Assembly: GCA_963784055.1 (NCBI GenBank)
Contig: CAWAPY010000014.1
Coordinates: forward strand, 395,634-459,633
Length of the DNA stretch: 64,000 nucleotides
Reading direction: 5' to 3'
Origin: an uncultured Actinomycetota bacterium
Lineage (GTDB): Bacteria > Actinomycetota > UBA4738 > HRBIN12
Shown here: positions 9,492 through 19,595 of the stretch, one piece after another
Layout of the letters: each line of letters opens with the position of its first letter
Position numbering within the stretch: position 1 is the first letter of the stretch
The notes under the pieces: model-generated
Told to the model about the DNA's origin: nothing
The model's database searches: none
Seen by the model: only the letters and a program-made list of their open reading frames with translations
Program-made: the position numbers and the translations under genes

Positions 9492-10237
9492 GCGAGCACG
9501 CCGCGCCCGCGGTCGATGGTCGTACGCCGATCCTCGAGCTCCGGAACGTCTCGACCCACTACGGCTTGGTGGCGGTGCTCCGAGACGTCGACATGGACAT
9601 CTACGCGGGCGAGATGGTCTGCCTGCTGGGGGGCAACGCGAGCGGGAAGACCACCACGCTGAAGACGATCCTCGGGTACGTGACGCCCTCGCAGGGAGAG
9701 GTGATCCTCGATGGCGAGGTCGTGTCGGGCCTGTCGACGACCGAGGTGGTCCGAAGGGGCGTCTCGATGGTCCCCGAGAACCGCCGGCTGTTCCCCGACA
9801 TGACCGTCGAGGAGAACCTCCGTCTCGGGTCGTACCTCCGACGGGACCGCCAGGCCGTGGAGGAGGCCCACGAAACGGTGTTCGAGACGTTCCCGCGGGT
9901 TCGCGAGCGGCTGAAGCAGAAGGCGGGCACGCTCTCGGGCGGGGAGCAGCAGATGGTGGCGATGGGACGCGCGCTGATGGCCGACCCCAAGGTCCTACTC
10001 ATGGACGAGCCCTCGATGGGACTCGCGCCGATCCTCGTCGAGCAGGTCTTCGAGATCATCAAGAAGATCCGCGAGCTCGGGAAGACCGTCTTCATCGTGG
10101 AACAGAACGCCAACATGGCCCTGTCGATCGCCGATCGCGGCTACGTGATCCAGACGGGACAGGTGGTGCTGGCGGACACGGCCGAGAACCTGTTGCAGAA
10201 CCCGTTGATGCGCGAGGCCTACCTCGGTGAGCTTTGA
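9488..10237 (+). CDS. livF: branched-chain amino-acid ABC transporter ATP-binding protein
   Basis: Intact 249-aa ORF. It carries LLGGNASGKTTTLKTILG, LSGGEQQMVAMGRALMADPKVLLMDEPSMGLAP and REAYLG, and overlaps the livG stop (ATGA). Confidence 0.9.
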   Translation: MSEHAAPAVDGRTPILELRNVSTHYGLVAVLRDVDMDIYAGEMVCLLGGNASGKTTTLKTILGYVTPSQGEVILDGEVVSGLSTTEVVRRGVSMVPENRRLFPDMTVEENLRLGSYLRRDRQAVEEAHETVFETFPRVRERLKQKAGTLSGGEQQMVAMGRALMADPKVLLMDEPSMGLAPILVEQVFEIIKKIRELGKTVFIVEQNANMALSIADRGYVIQTGQVVLADTAENLLQNPLMREAYLGEL

Positions 10238-11181
10238 GAGCTCTAGGGGTGAGCTCTGAGCTGCGACTGATCGGCGCGGAGGAGCTCCGCGCCCGGCTCC
10301 CGATGGTCGCCGCGATCGACGCCCTCGAGACGGCGTTCCGCACGCTCGATCCGGGAACCGGCCCGCTCCGCACCAGCCTCGAGACGCCGGCCGGGTCGCT
10401 CCTGGTGATGCCGGCGTTCGGCGAGGCGGGGGTCGGCGTGAAGCTGGTCACGCTGACGCCGTCCAACCCCGGGCGCGGGCTCCCCTACATCCAGGCCGGC
10501 TACGTGCTGTTCGACACCGTCACGCAGTCACCGGAGGCCGTCCTCGACGGGACGGCGCTCACCGCGCTCCGAACGGCGGCGGTCTCGGGGCTGGCCACCC
10601 GGCACCTCGCGCGGGAGGACGCGGCGCGGCTCGTGGTGTTCGGGGCGGGCGTACAGGCTCGAGCGCACCTCGAGGCGATGTGCGCCGTCCGCCCGGTGCA
10701 CGAGCTCGTCGTCGTCTCGCGATCGCGCGGTCCGGCGGAGTCCCTCGTGGAGGCCGGTCTCGAGCGGGGACTCGCGGCGCGACTGGGCGAGCCGGGGTCG
10801 GTCGCCGAGGCGGACGTGATCTGCACGTGCACGACCTCCGAGGAGCCGCTGTTCGACGGGTCGCTGCTCACGCCAGGGGTCCACGTGAACGCGGTCGGAT
10901 CCCACCGCCCCGACGCGAGGGAGCTCGACACCGAGACCGTGCGGCGGGGGAGGGTCGTGGTCGAGACCCGGGACGTGGCACTCGCCGAGGCGGGCGAGCT
11001 GGCGATCCCGATCGCCGATGGGGCGATCGAGGCGGGGCACGTGGTGGCCGACCTCGCGGAGGCCGTCCGGGGAGCCGAGGTCCGACGCTCGACCGAGGAC
11101 CTGACCGTCTTCAAGAGCGTGGGGATGGCGTTCGAGGACCTGGTCGTCGCTCGCGCGATCGTCGACGCCCCGCCACCCTGA
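10234..11181 (+). CDS. ornithine cyclodeaminase / mu-crystallin family protein
   Basis: Intact 315-aa ORF. It carries VKLVTLTPSNP, LDGTALTALRTAAVSGLATRHLAR, the Rossmann motif VVFGAGVQARAHLEAM, and HVNAVGSHRPDARELD. Confidence 0.85.
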   Translation: MRALGVSSELRLIGAEELRARLPMVAAIDALETAFRTLDPGTGPLRTSLETPAGSLLVMPAFGEAGVGVKLVTLTPSNPGRGLPYIQAGYVLFDTVTQSPEAVLDGTALTALRTAAVSGLATRHLAREDAARLVVFGAGVQARAHLEAMCAVRPVHELVVVSRSRGPAESLVEAGLERGLAARLGEPGSVAEADVICTCTTSEEPLFDGSLLTPGVHVNAVGSHRPDARELDTETVRRGRVVVETRDVALAEAGELAIPIADGAIEAGHVVADLAEAVRGAEVRRSTEDLTVFKSVGMAFEDLVVARAIVDAPPP

Positions 11182-11249
11182 TCGAAGCGGCGATCGCAGA
11201 CGACGATCCGAGGCGATGGAGGAGGTGGACGGGACGGGCGGGTGGGTCC

Positions 11250-11336
11250 TGGTGCCGGGAGAGGGGGTCGAACCCTCACGGGCCGAAGCCCACGGGTTTT
11301 TGAGACCCGCGCGTCTGCCTGTTCCGCCATCCCGGC
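11250..11336 (-). tRNA. tRNA-Leu(CAA)
   Basis: The reverse complement folds as a class-II tRNA. The acceptor stem is GCCGGGA/TCCCGGC. The anticodon stem CGGGT/ACCCG carries loop CTCAAAA (anticodon CAA). There is a long variable arm, a T-arm GAGGG-TTCGACC-CCCTC, and an encoded CCA. Confidence 0.9.
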
Positions 11337-11398
11337 CGGGGCGGTCTAGGGTAGCGGGCCGGCGGACCCGAGCGAACCGGAGGATCCGAGCGAGCCTG

Positions 11399-12517
11399 GT
11401 GACGCTGCTCGCGCTGTCGATCCCCGCGTGCACACAGGGGGCTCCGCCCAGGTCGGACTCCTCCCAGCCCACGATCGCGTACCTGTTCGACGGGTCGCCC
11501 CCCGACGCCGAGCTCGTGAGCGCGTCGGCCGAGGCGGGCTTGGAGCTCGCGGCGGACGAGGCCGGCACCGTCGAGATCGAGCCCGTGAACCTGGGCCTCG
11601 ACCCCCCGGAGGTGATGAGCGCACTGCGGGCTCTCGGGGAGGACCGCGACGTCATCGCCGCCGTCATCGCCCCGTGGACGGCACCCCCGGCCGGAGCGGC
11701 AGACCTGCTGGCGGCGCAGGGCCTGCCGGTCGTCTCGCTCTCGTGGGCGTGGGGTCCGCCGTCCGAGACAGGCGGGGTCTGGCTCTCGCTGGTGGCGGGG
11801 CAGGCATCCGAGGCCGTGCTCCTGCTCTCGACGGCCGACGTGGCTCCGGAGGGCGTGTCGCTGTGCGTGGCCGGCGACGAGCATCCGACCAGCCGCGCCC
11901 TGCTCACCACGGCCGAGGAGCTTGGCCGAGCGGCGGGTGACCCGGACGTCGCGATGGTCGGTGTGATCACCGAAGGAGATGCGGCGATCACCGACGCGGT
12001 CGCCGATCGGATCGAGAGCTCGCGCTGCTCGGTCCTCGCGTGGACGGGCGGGACGTCGGGAGCGGGGGCGGTGCTCTCCCGGCTGCCGGAGGCTCCGGCG
12101 CTCGTGGTCGGCACCTCGAGGATCGGGACGGACGAGGGGCTGGCGCTCGCCACCGCCGATCGTGACGTGATCACCTCGTGCGCATGTGTGAGCATCGACC
12201 TGTCCCTGGAGCCGGAGCACATGCGATTCGTGCACGATCTCCAGGCCGCGAGCGGCGCTCCACCCGGTCCGTACGCGGTCGAGGCCTACGACGCCGGCCG
12301 GTTCCTGCTGAGCCTCGTCACCGGCGCCGGCGGCGACGATCTGCGGGAGGTGCTGGCGGCCGCGCTCGAGGATCCGGCCGAGATCCCCGGGCTCGCGGGT
12401 GACTACCGCTTCGAGCCGGACGGATCGCGGGCACCCGACACCCTCCGGGTGGGCACGTGGCGTGCCGCGGGCTCTCGCTGGCTCCCGGTCGAACGGCGCA
12501 CCGACGCACCGGCCTGA
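11399..12517 (+). CDS. putative solute-binding lipoprotein (type-1 periplasmic-binding-protein-like)
   Basis: The ORF frame 11216..12517 runs through the tRNA, so the plausible start is the GTG at 11399, giving VTLLALSIPAC (a lipobox). The body is only weakly LivK-like (TIAYLFDG..., VIAPWTAPPA, AYDAGRFLLSL). The start is uncertain. Confidence 0.55.
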   Translation: MTLLALSIPACTQGAPPRSDSSQPTIAYLFDGSPPDAELVSASAEAGLELAADEAGTVEIEPVNLGLDPPEVMSALRALGEDRDVIAAVIAPWTAPPAGAADLLAAQGLPVVSLSWAWGPPSETGGVWLSLVAGQASEAVLLLSTADVAPEGVSLCVAGDEHPTSRALLTTAEELGRAAGDPDVAMVGVITEGDAAITDAVADRIESSRCSVLAWTGGTSGAGAVLSRLPEAPALVVGTSRIGTDEGLALATADRDVITSCACVSIDLSLEPEHMRFVHDLQAASGAPPGPYAVEAYDAGRFLLSLVTGAGGDDLREVLAAALEDPAEIPGLAGDYRFEPDGSRAPDTLRVGTWRAAGSRWLPVERRTDAPA

Positions 12518-12605
12518 CTGCGTTGCCCAGCGACCGGTCCTGCCCTAGAGTCCGGCCGAAGGGCGCATGATCGAGGACGCCCGTTCATCGACCCAAGGGG
12601 GATAC

Positions 12606-13526
12606 ATGAAGGTCGGCTTCCGACGGATCGCAGTGCTTCTGGGGGTTCTGGCGCTCGTCGCGGCCAGCTGCGGCGAGGATCCCGCCCCGCCAACAACCGG
12701 GAACGGTGACCCGGCCGACGAAACCGTCTGCGCCACCTACGACACGAACGCCGGTGACCTGCTGGCCAAGATCTGCACCGACGGCGTGATCCGCGTGTCG
12801 ACGGACCCCGCCTATCCTCCGGCGTCCGAGTTGAACCCCGAGACGGGTGAGTACGAGGGCTTCGATATCGACATCGCGAACGAGATCGCGGACCGTCTCG
12901 GTGTCGAGGTGGAGTGGGAGACCCCGGACTGGGAGGTCCTCACCGCCGGGAGCTGGAACGATCGCTGGGACATGAGCGTCGGCTCGATGACGCCCACCGA
13001 ACGACCGCCAGGAGGTGCTGAACTTCACCGAGCCCTACGCCTTCGTCCCGGCCGTGGTGGTCGTCCACGAGGACAACACGACGATCTCGGATCTCGCCAC
13101 CGACCTGGACGGCAAGCGGATCGGCGTGTGCGCGGACTGCACCTACCAGTTCTTCCTGGAGAAGAGCCTCGAGATCTCGGGCTTCGAGTTCGACTTCGTG
13201 ATCGACGACGCCACCGTGGCCGGATACGACACGGACACCACCGCGTTGCAGGATCTCGCCCTCGGGGACGGGACGCGCGTCGACGCGGTGATGACGGCGA
13301 GCTCCATCGCCGAGGCGTTCGTCGAGCGGGCAACCCGGTGAAGATCGTCGGCGACCCGCTCTTCGGTGAGCCCTTGTCGGTCGCGTTCGACAAGTCATCG
13401 GAGCTGGACGGGACCAGCCTGATGGAGACCGTGGACGGCATCGTGGCGGACATGCACGCGGACGGCACGCTCTCGGGCTTCTCCGCGAAGTGGTACGCGG
13501 GCGCGGACGTCTCGGAGGTCGCGTAG
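12606..13526 (+). pseudogene. polar amino-acid ABC transporter substrate-binding lipoprotein (two compensating frame changes, ~13000 and ~13335)
   Basis: The signal is MKVGFRRIAVLLGVLALVAASCG, followed by IRVSTDPAYPPASELNPETGEYEGFDIDIANEIADRLGVEVEWETPDWEVL (family-3 binding-protein motifs). The middle part reads correctly only in the 13015..13341 frame (LNFTEPYAFVPAVVVVHEDN...). The tail then returns to the first frame (NPVKIVGDPLFGEPLSVAFDK...). Confidence 0.8.
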
Positions 13527-13608
13527 CACCTCGACGGAGGGCGTGAGATGGACGACGGACGAGACGGGGGCTGCGGCGCGGCCCCCGCTCGCTCCGCGCC
13601 CTGATCGC

Positions 13609-14645
13609 ATGAATCGCCTGGCGCTCGCGAGCGCCGGCGTCCCGTTCCGGGCGAAGGTCGCCGTGGTCTGGCTCGGGATCCTCGGGGTGCTCATGGGTTC
13701 CTGTTCTGGGCTTCGTCGTTCGACAACGCGTGGATCCGGGAGACACATCGGCTTCATCGCCCGCGGACTGGTCTTCACCCTCGTGATGGCGGCGGGCGGG
13801 ATCGTGCTGGCGATCGTGCTGGCGCTCCTCGGCGCGCTCGGGCGACTGTCTCGAGAACCCGATCGCCTACGGCGTGAGCGGCTTCTACACGTCGTTCTTC
13901 CGGGGCACGCCGCTGATCGTCCAGCTGTTCCTGTTCTACCTCGCGATCCCGACGGACGGCGCATGAACCTCACCGCGACAAGTTCCCCGAACTTCCCCGG
14001 AGGACTTCGACGACATCTTCACGTGGCCCGCCTTCCAGGTGGGAGTCGTGGTGCTCGGGCTCAACTACGGCGCCTACATGACGGAGATCTTCCGCGCGGG
14101 CATCCAGTCGGTCAGCCACGGGCAGACCGAGGCAGCCGACGCCCTCGGGATGACCTACCGGCAGAAGATGCGCCGGGTGGTCCTGCCGCAGGCCTTCCGG
14201 GTGATCATCCCGCCGACCGGTAACGAGTTCATCGCGATGATGAAGGACACCGCCTTGGTCTCCGTCCTCGGCCAGTCCATCGAGTCGATGGAGCTCTTCC
14301 GTCGGGCGCAGCTGATCGGGAACGCGGACGTACGGCCCATGGAGGCGCTGGTGACCGCCGCCGCCATCTACTGGGCCCTCACGGCCATCTTCACGTACTT
14401 CCAGAGCCGCCTGGAACGCCGGGTGAGCAGGGGATACGTGCGGACCGTCGGTGGGCCCGAAGGGCCGGGAGCGTCGGAAGGTGATCGTGACCGGGGCGGG
14501 AGGCGGGGGAGCCCACGGAGCGGCCGCCGGGTACGCGATGGATGCTCCGGAGGAGCCGGTGCCGGCGCCGCCCGTCCACGGGGGAGTGATCCCGACGATC
14601 CTCGAGCCGCCGGAGCCCGGGCCTCCGCCGGAGGACCGGTCGTGA
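13609..14645 (+). pseudogene. polar amino-acid ABC transporter permease (at least 5 frame changes as assembled)
   Basis: The recognisable pieces are spread over three frames. They are IGFIARGLVFTLVMAAGGIVLAIVLALLGALGRLS, NPIAYGVSGFYTSFFRGTPLIVQLFLFYLAIP, and [76 protein letters not shown] (EAA loop). The end is placed at the TGA 14643-14645, which overlaps the next GTG (GTGA). Confidence 0.75.
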
Positions 14646-15409
14646 CGGCTCCCGACGGCCAGGCCGTCGTCCGGGTGGAGAACCTCCACAAGTCCTTCGG
14701 GGACCTGGAGGTGCTGAAGGGCGTCGACATGGAGATCGACGAGGGCGAGGTCATCGTGGTCTTCGGTCGCTCCGGATCCGGCAAATCGACGCTGCTGCGC
14801 TGCATCAACTTCCTGGAGGAGCCCACGGAAGGAACGATCGAGGTCTCGGGGCTGCGCATCGAAGGCGGCCATCGGATCCGATCCAAACGGGAACAGATTC
14901 GGCAGCTCCGGATGCACTGCGGCATGGTCTTCCAACAGTTCAACCTGTTCCCCCACATGACCGCGCTGCAGAACGTGATGGAGGGACCGGCGACGGTCAA
15001 GGGCATCGAGGAGGCCTCGGCCCGCCGGGTCGCGATGGAGTTCCTCGACCGCGTAGGCCTGTCCGACAAGGCCGAGGAATATCCGATCCGGCTGTCGGGA
15101 GGACAGCAGCAACGCGTGGCGATCGCGCGCGCGCTCGCGATGGAGCCCGACGTGATGTTGTTCGACGAGCCGACGTCGGCGCTCGACCCCGAGCTGATCG
15201 GTGAGGTCCTGGGGGTCATGAAGGCCCTGGCGATGGAGATGCACATGACCATGATGGTCGTGACGCACGAGATGGGGTTCGCTCGCGAGGTCGCGACCCG
15301 GATGGCCTTCTTCCACGAGGGGACGATCCTCGAGGAGGGGACGCCGGATGAGATCTTCGGCGCGACGCGCTTCTCCGAGACACGTCGATTCCTCGACGCG
15401 GTCCTCTGA
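14642..15409 (+). CDS. polar amino-acid ABC transporter ATP-binding protein
   Basis: It carries [68 protein letters not shown] and [34 protein letters not shown]. The reading frame is intact from the GTG at 14642. Confidence 0.9.
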   Translation: MTAPDGQAVVRVENLHKSFGDLEVLKGVDMEIDEGEVIVVFGRSGSGKSTLLRCINFLEEPTEGTIEVSGLRIEGGHRIRSKREQIRQLRMHCGMVFQQFNLFPHMTALQNVMEGPATVKGIEEASARRVAMEFLDRVGLSDKAEEYPIRLSGGQQQRVAIARALAMEPDVMLFDEPTSALDPELIGEVLGVMKALAMEMHMTMMVVTHEMGFAREVATRMAFFHEGTILEEGTPDEIFGATRFSETRRFLDAVL

Positions 15410-15714
15410 GACCCGCAACGGCAACGAGCCGCGTCTCCGATCCGTAGCGCTCGCGCCTTCCCCATACGCGAGCGCCGCTTCGCGGTGACGCGGCCCGTTG
15501 CGATGGTCTCCTCGGACCGCCACCGCGGCCGGTCGGAACCGGTCGTGGCTCGCGTCCCGTTGAGGACCGTCGCGGACTGTAAACGGGAGGTTGAGGGATG
15601 TCAACCCGAAGGGCGTACGGCGAGAACCTTTGCGGAGCAAGGATCGATCCTCATCGTCGCAGGTCGCAGGCACGCAAAGAGAGTGACACGACTCGACGCG
15701 GTTCCGCGATCCGC

Positions 15715-16608
15715 TCAGCGCGTGGCGTCGGTTTCCACGTGCGTCGCGCCGGTCACGGAAGTCTCGTGTTCGGGTCGAGACTTCGTTCCCGTCAGGGCCG
15801 GTCGCCGCAGGAACAGCCCGCCCACCACCACGAGGTATGCGGCCCATCCCACGACCTCCAGCCAGGTGGGGTCGGCGTTGTAGCCGACCAGACCGCGCAG
15901 GATCGCACCTGCCCCGGCGTCGTCCGGGAGGCTCGCGGACAGATCGAACGCGTGCGCCTCGAGGACGGGCAGCCATCCCGCCTCCTGCAGCTCGTGCAAG
16001 GAGTAGGCGAACAGCCCCGCCGCAACGACGATCAGGATCAGCCCCGTCACGCGGAAGAACGAGCGCAGGTTCATGCGGATGCCGCCGCGATACAGCAGCA
16101 CTCCGAGGATCACGGCGAGCGCCAGTCCGAGGACCGCGCCGGTGATCTGCGTGGCCGGCGCGACCACGGTGCCTTCGACAGCGGTTCCCTTCGCGGCGGC
16201 GAACAGGAAGAGCGCGGTCTCGATACCTTCGCGGAGGACGGCGAAGAACGCCAGGCCCGCGAGTGCGAGGCCGCCGGCGACGAGCGCCGTGTCGACCTTC
16301 TCCTGCAACTCGGACTTGATGCGCGCACCCTGACGTCGCATCCAGAAGATCATCCAGGTCAGCACGCCGACGGCGGCGAGCGTCACCAGTCCTTCGAAGA
16401 TCTCTTCCGCCTCGCCCTCGAACTCGGCACCGGCGATGAAGATCGCGGTGCCGATCGCGGCGGACAATGCGACTGCGAGTCCGGTGCCCCACCACACCAG
16501 ACGGGCGCGATCGCTCGCACCCAGCTGCTTGAGGTACGCGAGCACGATCGAGACGATCAGCGCTGCCTCGATGCCCTCGCGGAGGGCGATGACGAAGGAC
16601 GCTCCCAT
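15715..16608 (-). CDS. FTR1/EfeU-family high-affinity iron permease
   Basis: Intact 297-aa ORF with two REGxE motifs (ALREGIEAALI and VLREGIETALF) and about 7 TM segments. Confidence 0.88.
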   Translation of the reverse strand: MGASFVIALREGIEAALIVSIVLAYLKQLGASDRARLVWWGTGLAVALSAAIGTAIFIAGAEFEGEAEEIFEGLVTLAAVGVLTWMIFWMRRQGARIKSELQEKVDTALVAGGLALAGLAFFAVLREGIETALFLFAAAKGTAVEGTVVAPATQITGAVLGLALAVILGVLLYRGGIRMNLRSFFRVTGLILIVVAAGLFAYSLHELQEAGWLPVLEAHAFDLSASLPDDAGAGAILRGLVGYNADPTWLEVVGWAAYLVVVGGLFLRRPALTGTKSRPEHETSVTGATHVETDATR

Positions 16609-16678
16609 GGATCCCTCCCGTCGTTCGCGCGGTGTCCCGCATCGCGGATGTCGACGGCGCGAATCCTACTCAGGAGGT

Positions 16679-16711
16679 CGGATTCACGTCAATCCGATTC
16701 GGTACCGAATC
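16679..16711. promoter_or_regulatory. composite palindromes in the FTR1/polA divergent intergenic region (candidate operator)
   Basis: CGGATTcacgtcAATCCG (16679-16696) abuts a perfect 16-bp palindrome GATTCGGTACCGAATC (16696-16711). That gives four related half-sites in a locally AT-rich stretch, 71-103 nt upstream of the FTR1 start and 77-109 nt upstream of polA. Confidence 0.3.
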
Positions 16712-16787
16712 ATCTGGCCAAACGGCCGCCGCGCGTTGATGTCCAGGCCCCATCCGGCGCGTCGGAGAGCCCGGTTAGCATGACGCC

Positions 16788-19457
16788 GTGGCGCCCCCCT
16801 CCGATCCTACGGACCAGCCTCGCCGACTCTTCATCCTCGACGGCCATTCGCTCGCGTACCGGGCCTTCTTCGCCCTGCCGAGCACCCTCGCCACCACCAC
16901 GGGCCAGGTCACGAACGCCGTCTACGGGTTCACCTCGATGCTCATCAAGCTCCTCGCGGAGGAGCGACCCGACCTGATCGCCGTGGCCTTCGACGTGGGC
17001 AAGCCGACCGCCCGACTGGCGATGGACGCGGAGTACAAGGCGGGACGCCGGGAGACGCCGGAGGACTTCCGACCCCAGCTGGGGCTGATCCAGGAGGTCG
17101 TGGAGGCCCTCCGGATCCGGATGCTCCTGGTGACCGATCACGAGGCCGACGACGCGATCGGCACGCTCGCCATCCGGGCGGCCGAGCAGGGGATCGAGGC
17201 GACGATCGTCACGGCCGACCGCGACTTCTTCCAGCTCGTCCGTCCCGGGCTCCGGGTCCTGTTCAACCGTCGAGGGATCTCCGACATCGCCCTCATGGAT
17301 GAGGCGGCCGTCGAGGAGCGATACGGCATCCCGCCGTCGAAGTACCTCGAGTACGTGGCGCTCAAAGGGGATACGTCCGACAACATCCCCGGCGTCCCGG
17401 GCGTGGGGGACAAGACGGCGGCGAAGCTCGTCCAGCAGTTCGGCTCCGTCGAGGAGCTCCTCAGCCGAACCGAGGAGCTGAAGGGGAAGCTGAAGGAGAA
17501 CATCGAGGCGGCCGGTGAGCGGCTCGCCCTGAACAAGAACCTCGCACGGATCGTCACGGACGTCGATCTCGACTTCGCGCCCGAGGACGCGGTGATGGGG
17601 GAGTGGGACGTCGAGGAGGTCCGCCGCCTGTTCACCTCGCTCGAGTTCCGGAGCCTCTTCGACCGGCTGATGGAGCTGGCCAAGGACGCGAAGCCGAAGG
17701 TGGAGGTCGCGGAGCTGGACCTCCGGCGGGTGGAGCCGGAGGAGCTCGCCAGCATCCTCGCCGACGGCCCGGTGGGCGTCGCGATCCAGGAGGAGGACGA
17801 CGTGCTGGTCGGGCTGGCGGTGTCGGCGGGCGGCGCCCAGGCTGCCTACGCCGCCCTTCCCGGACCCGGCCCGGTCGCCGACCGTCTCGCGGACCCCTCG
17901 ACCCGGAAGTGGACCCACGACGCCAAGGCGCTCGAGCGGGTCACCCTCCGCGCCGGCGCGGTGCTCGAAGGGGTCGCGTTCGACACGATGCTCGCGGGGT
18001 ACCTCCTAGAGCCGGGGACGGCCGATTACCCGCTGGCCGCCCTCTGCGAGCGCTACCTCGGGACCGACCTCTTCGGAGCAGAGGGGGAGGGGGCAGCCAA
18101 CGAGACGGAGATGCAGCTCTTCACGGAGGATCCCTGGCGGCACGTGGCGTCAGAGGCCGCGGCCGTATCCCTCCTCGCGCCGGTCCTCGAAGAGCAGATC
18201 GACCGGCAGGGCCTTCGGCCGCTGCTGGAGGACGTGGAGCTGCCGCTCGCGTCCGTCCTCGCGCGGATGGAGGCACGCGGGGTCCGCCTCGACGTCCCGT
18301 ACCTCGAGGAGATGGGGGAGTCGGTCCGCGACCGGATGGCCACCCTGCACGCCGAGGTGTTCCGGCACGCGGGCCAGGAGTTCAACCTGAACTCGCCGCC
18401 GCAGCTCCGGGCGATCCTCTACGACCAGCTGGGCCTCCAGCCCGGGAAGAAGACGCCCAAGGGCGAACTGTCCACCGACGCCAGCGTCCTCGAGAAGCTC
18501 CGCGACGCGCATCCGATCGTGGACGCGCTGCTGTCGTGGCGCGAGCTGGACAAGCTCAACTCCACGTACCTGGAGGCGCTGCCCCAGGCTGGTCGACGCG
18601 AAGGACGGCCGGCTGCACACGTCGTTCAACCAGACCGTGGCCGCGACGGGCAGGCTCTCCTCCTCGAACCCCAATCTCCAGAACATCCCGATCCGCTCGG
18701 AGCTCGGCCGGCAGATCCGCAGCGCGTTCATCCCGGGTGCCGACGACCAGGTGCTGCTCGTCGCCGACTACTCGCAGATCGAGCTCCGCATCCTCGCGCA
18801 CCTCTCCGGGGATGCCGGGCTGCGGGAGGCCTTCGACTCGGGGCTCGACATCCACGCGGCCACCGCGGCGAAGGTGTTCGACCTTCCGCCCGAGCACGTC
18901 GACGCGGAGATGCGTCGGCGCGCGAAGGCGGTCAACTACGGCCTCGCCTACGGGATGAACGCTTGGGGTCTCGCCACCCGGCTCGGGATCACCGCGGACG
19001 AGGCGCAGGAGTTCATCGACGCCTACTTCGACGGCTTCCCGGCGATCAAGGACTACCTCCAGAACCAGGTGGACCGGGCGACGGTGGAGGGGTTCACCGA
19101 GACCCTTCTGGGACGGCGGCGGTACATCCCGGAGCTCCAGGCGGCCAACCCGCGGGTGCGCGACCTCGGCAGACGGCAGGCACTGAACGCGCCGATCCAG
19201 GGGAGCGCGTCGGACGTGTTCAAGGTGGGGATGATCGCGGTGGACCGGGCGCTTCGCGAGCGGCCGGAGCTCGACTGCCACATGCTCCTCACGGTCCACG
19301 ACGAGCTGGTCTTCGAGGTCGCGAAGGACCACGCCGAGGAGGCCGTGCGACCTGATCCGCGGCCGGATGGAGGGCGCGGTGGAGCTCGTCGTCGACCTCC
19401 GGGCGGACGTCGGGGTCGGCGCCGAACTGGTCGGAGGCGGCGCCCGAAGGGCACTGA
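16788..19457 (+). CDS. polA: DNA polymerase I (at least 3 apparent frame changes, ~18585, ~19350 and ~19415)
   Basis: The 5'-nuclease domain is RLFILDGHSLAYRAFFALP...TADRDFFQLV...ALKGDTSDNIPGVPGVGDKTAAKL. The polymerase motifs lie in the 18637 frame: RLHTSFNQTVAATGRLSSSNPNLQNIP, LLVADYSQIELRILAHLSGD, RRRAKAVNYGLAYGM and QGSASDVFK...LLTVHDELVFEV. The C-terminal NWSEAAPEGH-stop ends at 19457 in a third reading. Confidence 0.9.
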
Positions 19458-19595
19458 CTTCCTCCGAGGCGCTGCATTGACGGCGTTTGCGCTGGTCACC
19501 TACCCTTCCCTCGGCCCGCGGATCGCTCGCGTGCCGCGTCGCAAATCCCAACCCGCGATGCGGTGAGCCCCGCGTGCCAGAAGGAGACCCACCGC

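Noticed and set aside
14039-15409. Apparent in-frame fusions of neighbouring genes: permease with ATPase (14039..15409), ABC-2 permease with binding protein (24168..25658), and OppF-like with SecG (54299..55015).
   Set aside because: In each case the downstream gene has its own start with an RBS or a GTGA overlap, and the upstream gene's natural stop is visible in an adjacent frame. The read-through is best explained by nearby indels plus the rarity of stops in GC-rich sequence.
15447-15475. A hairpin GCGCTCGCG-11 nt-CGCGAGCGC in the convergent gap between the ABC ATPase and the FTR1 gene, a possible bidirectional terminator.
   Set aside because: It has only a 9-bp stem with a large loop and no U/A tract. 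Comparable hairpins are frequent in this composition.
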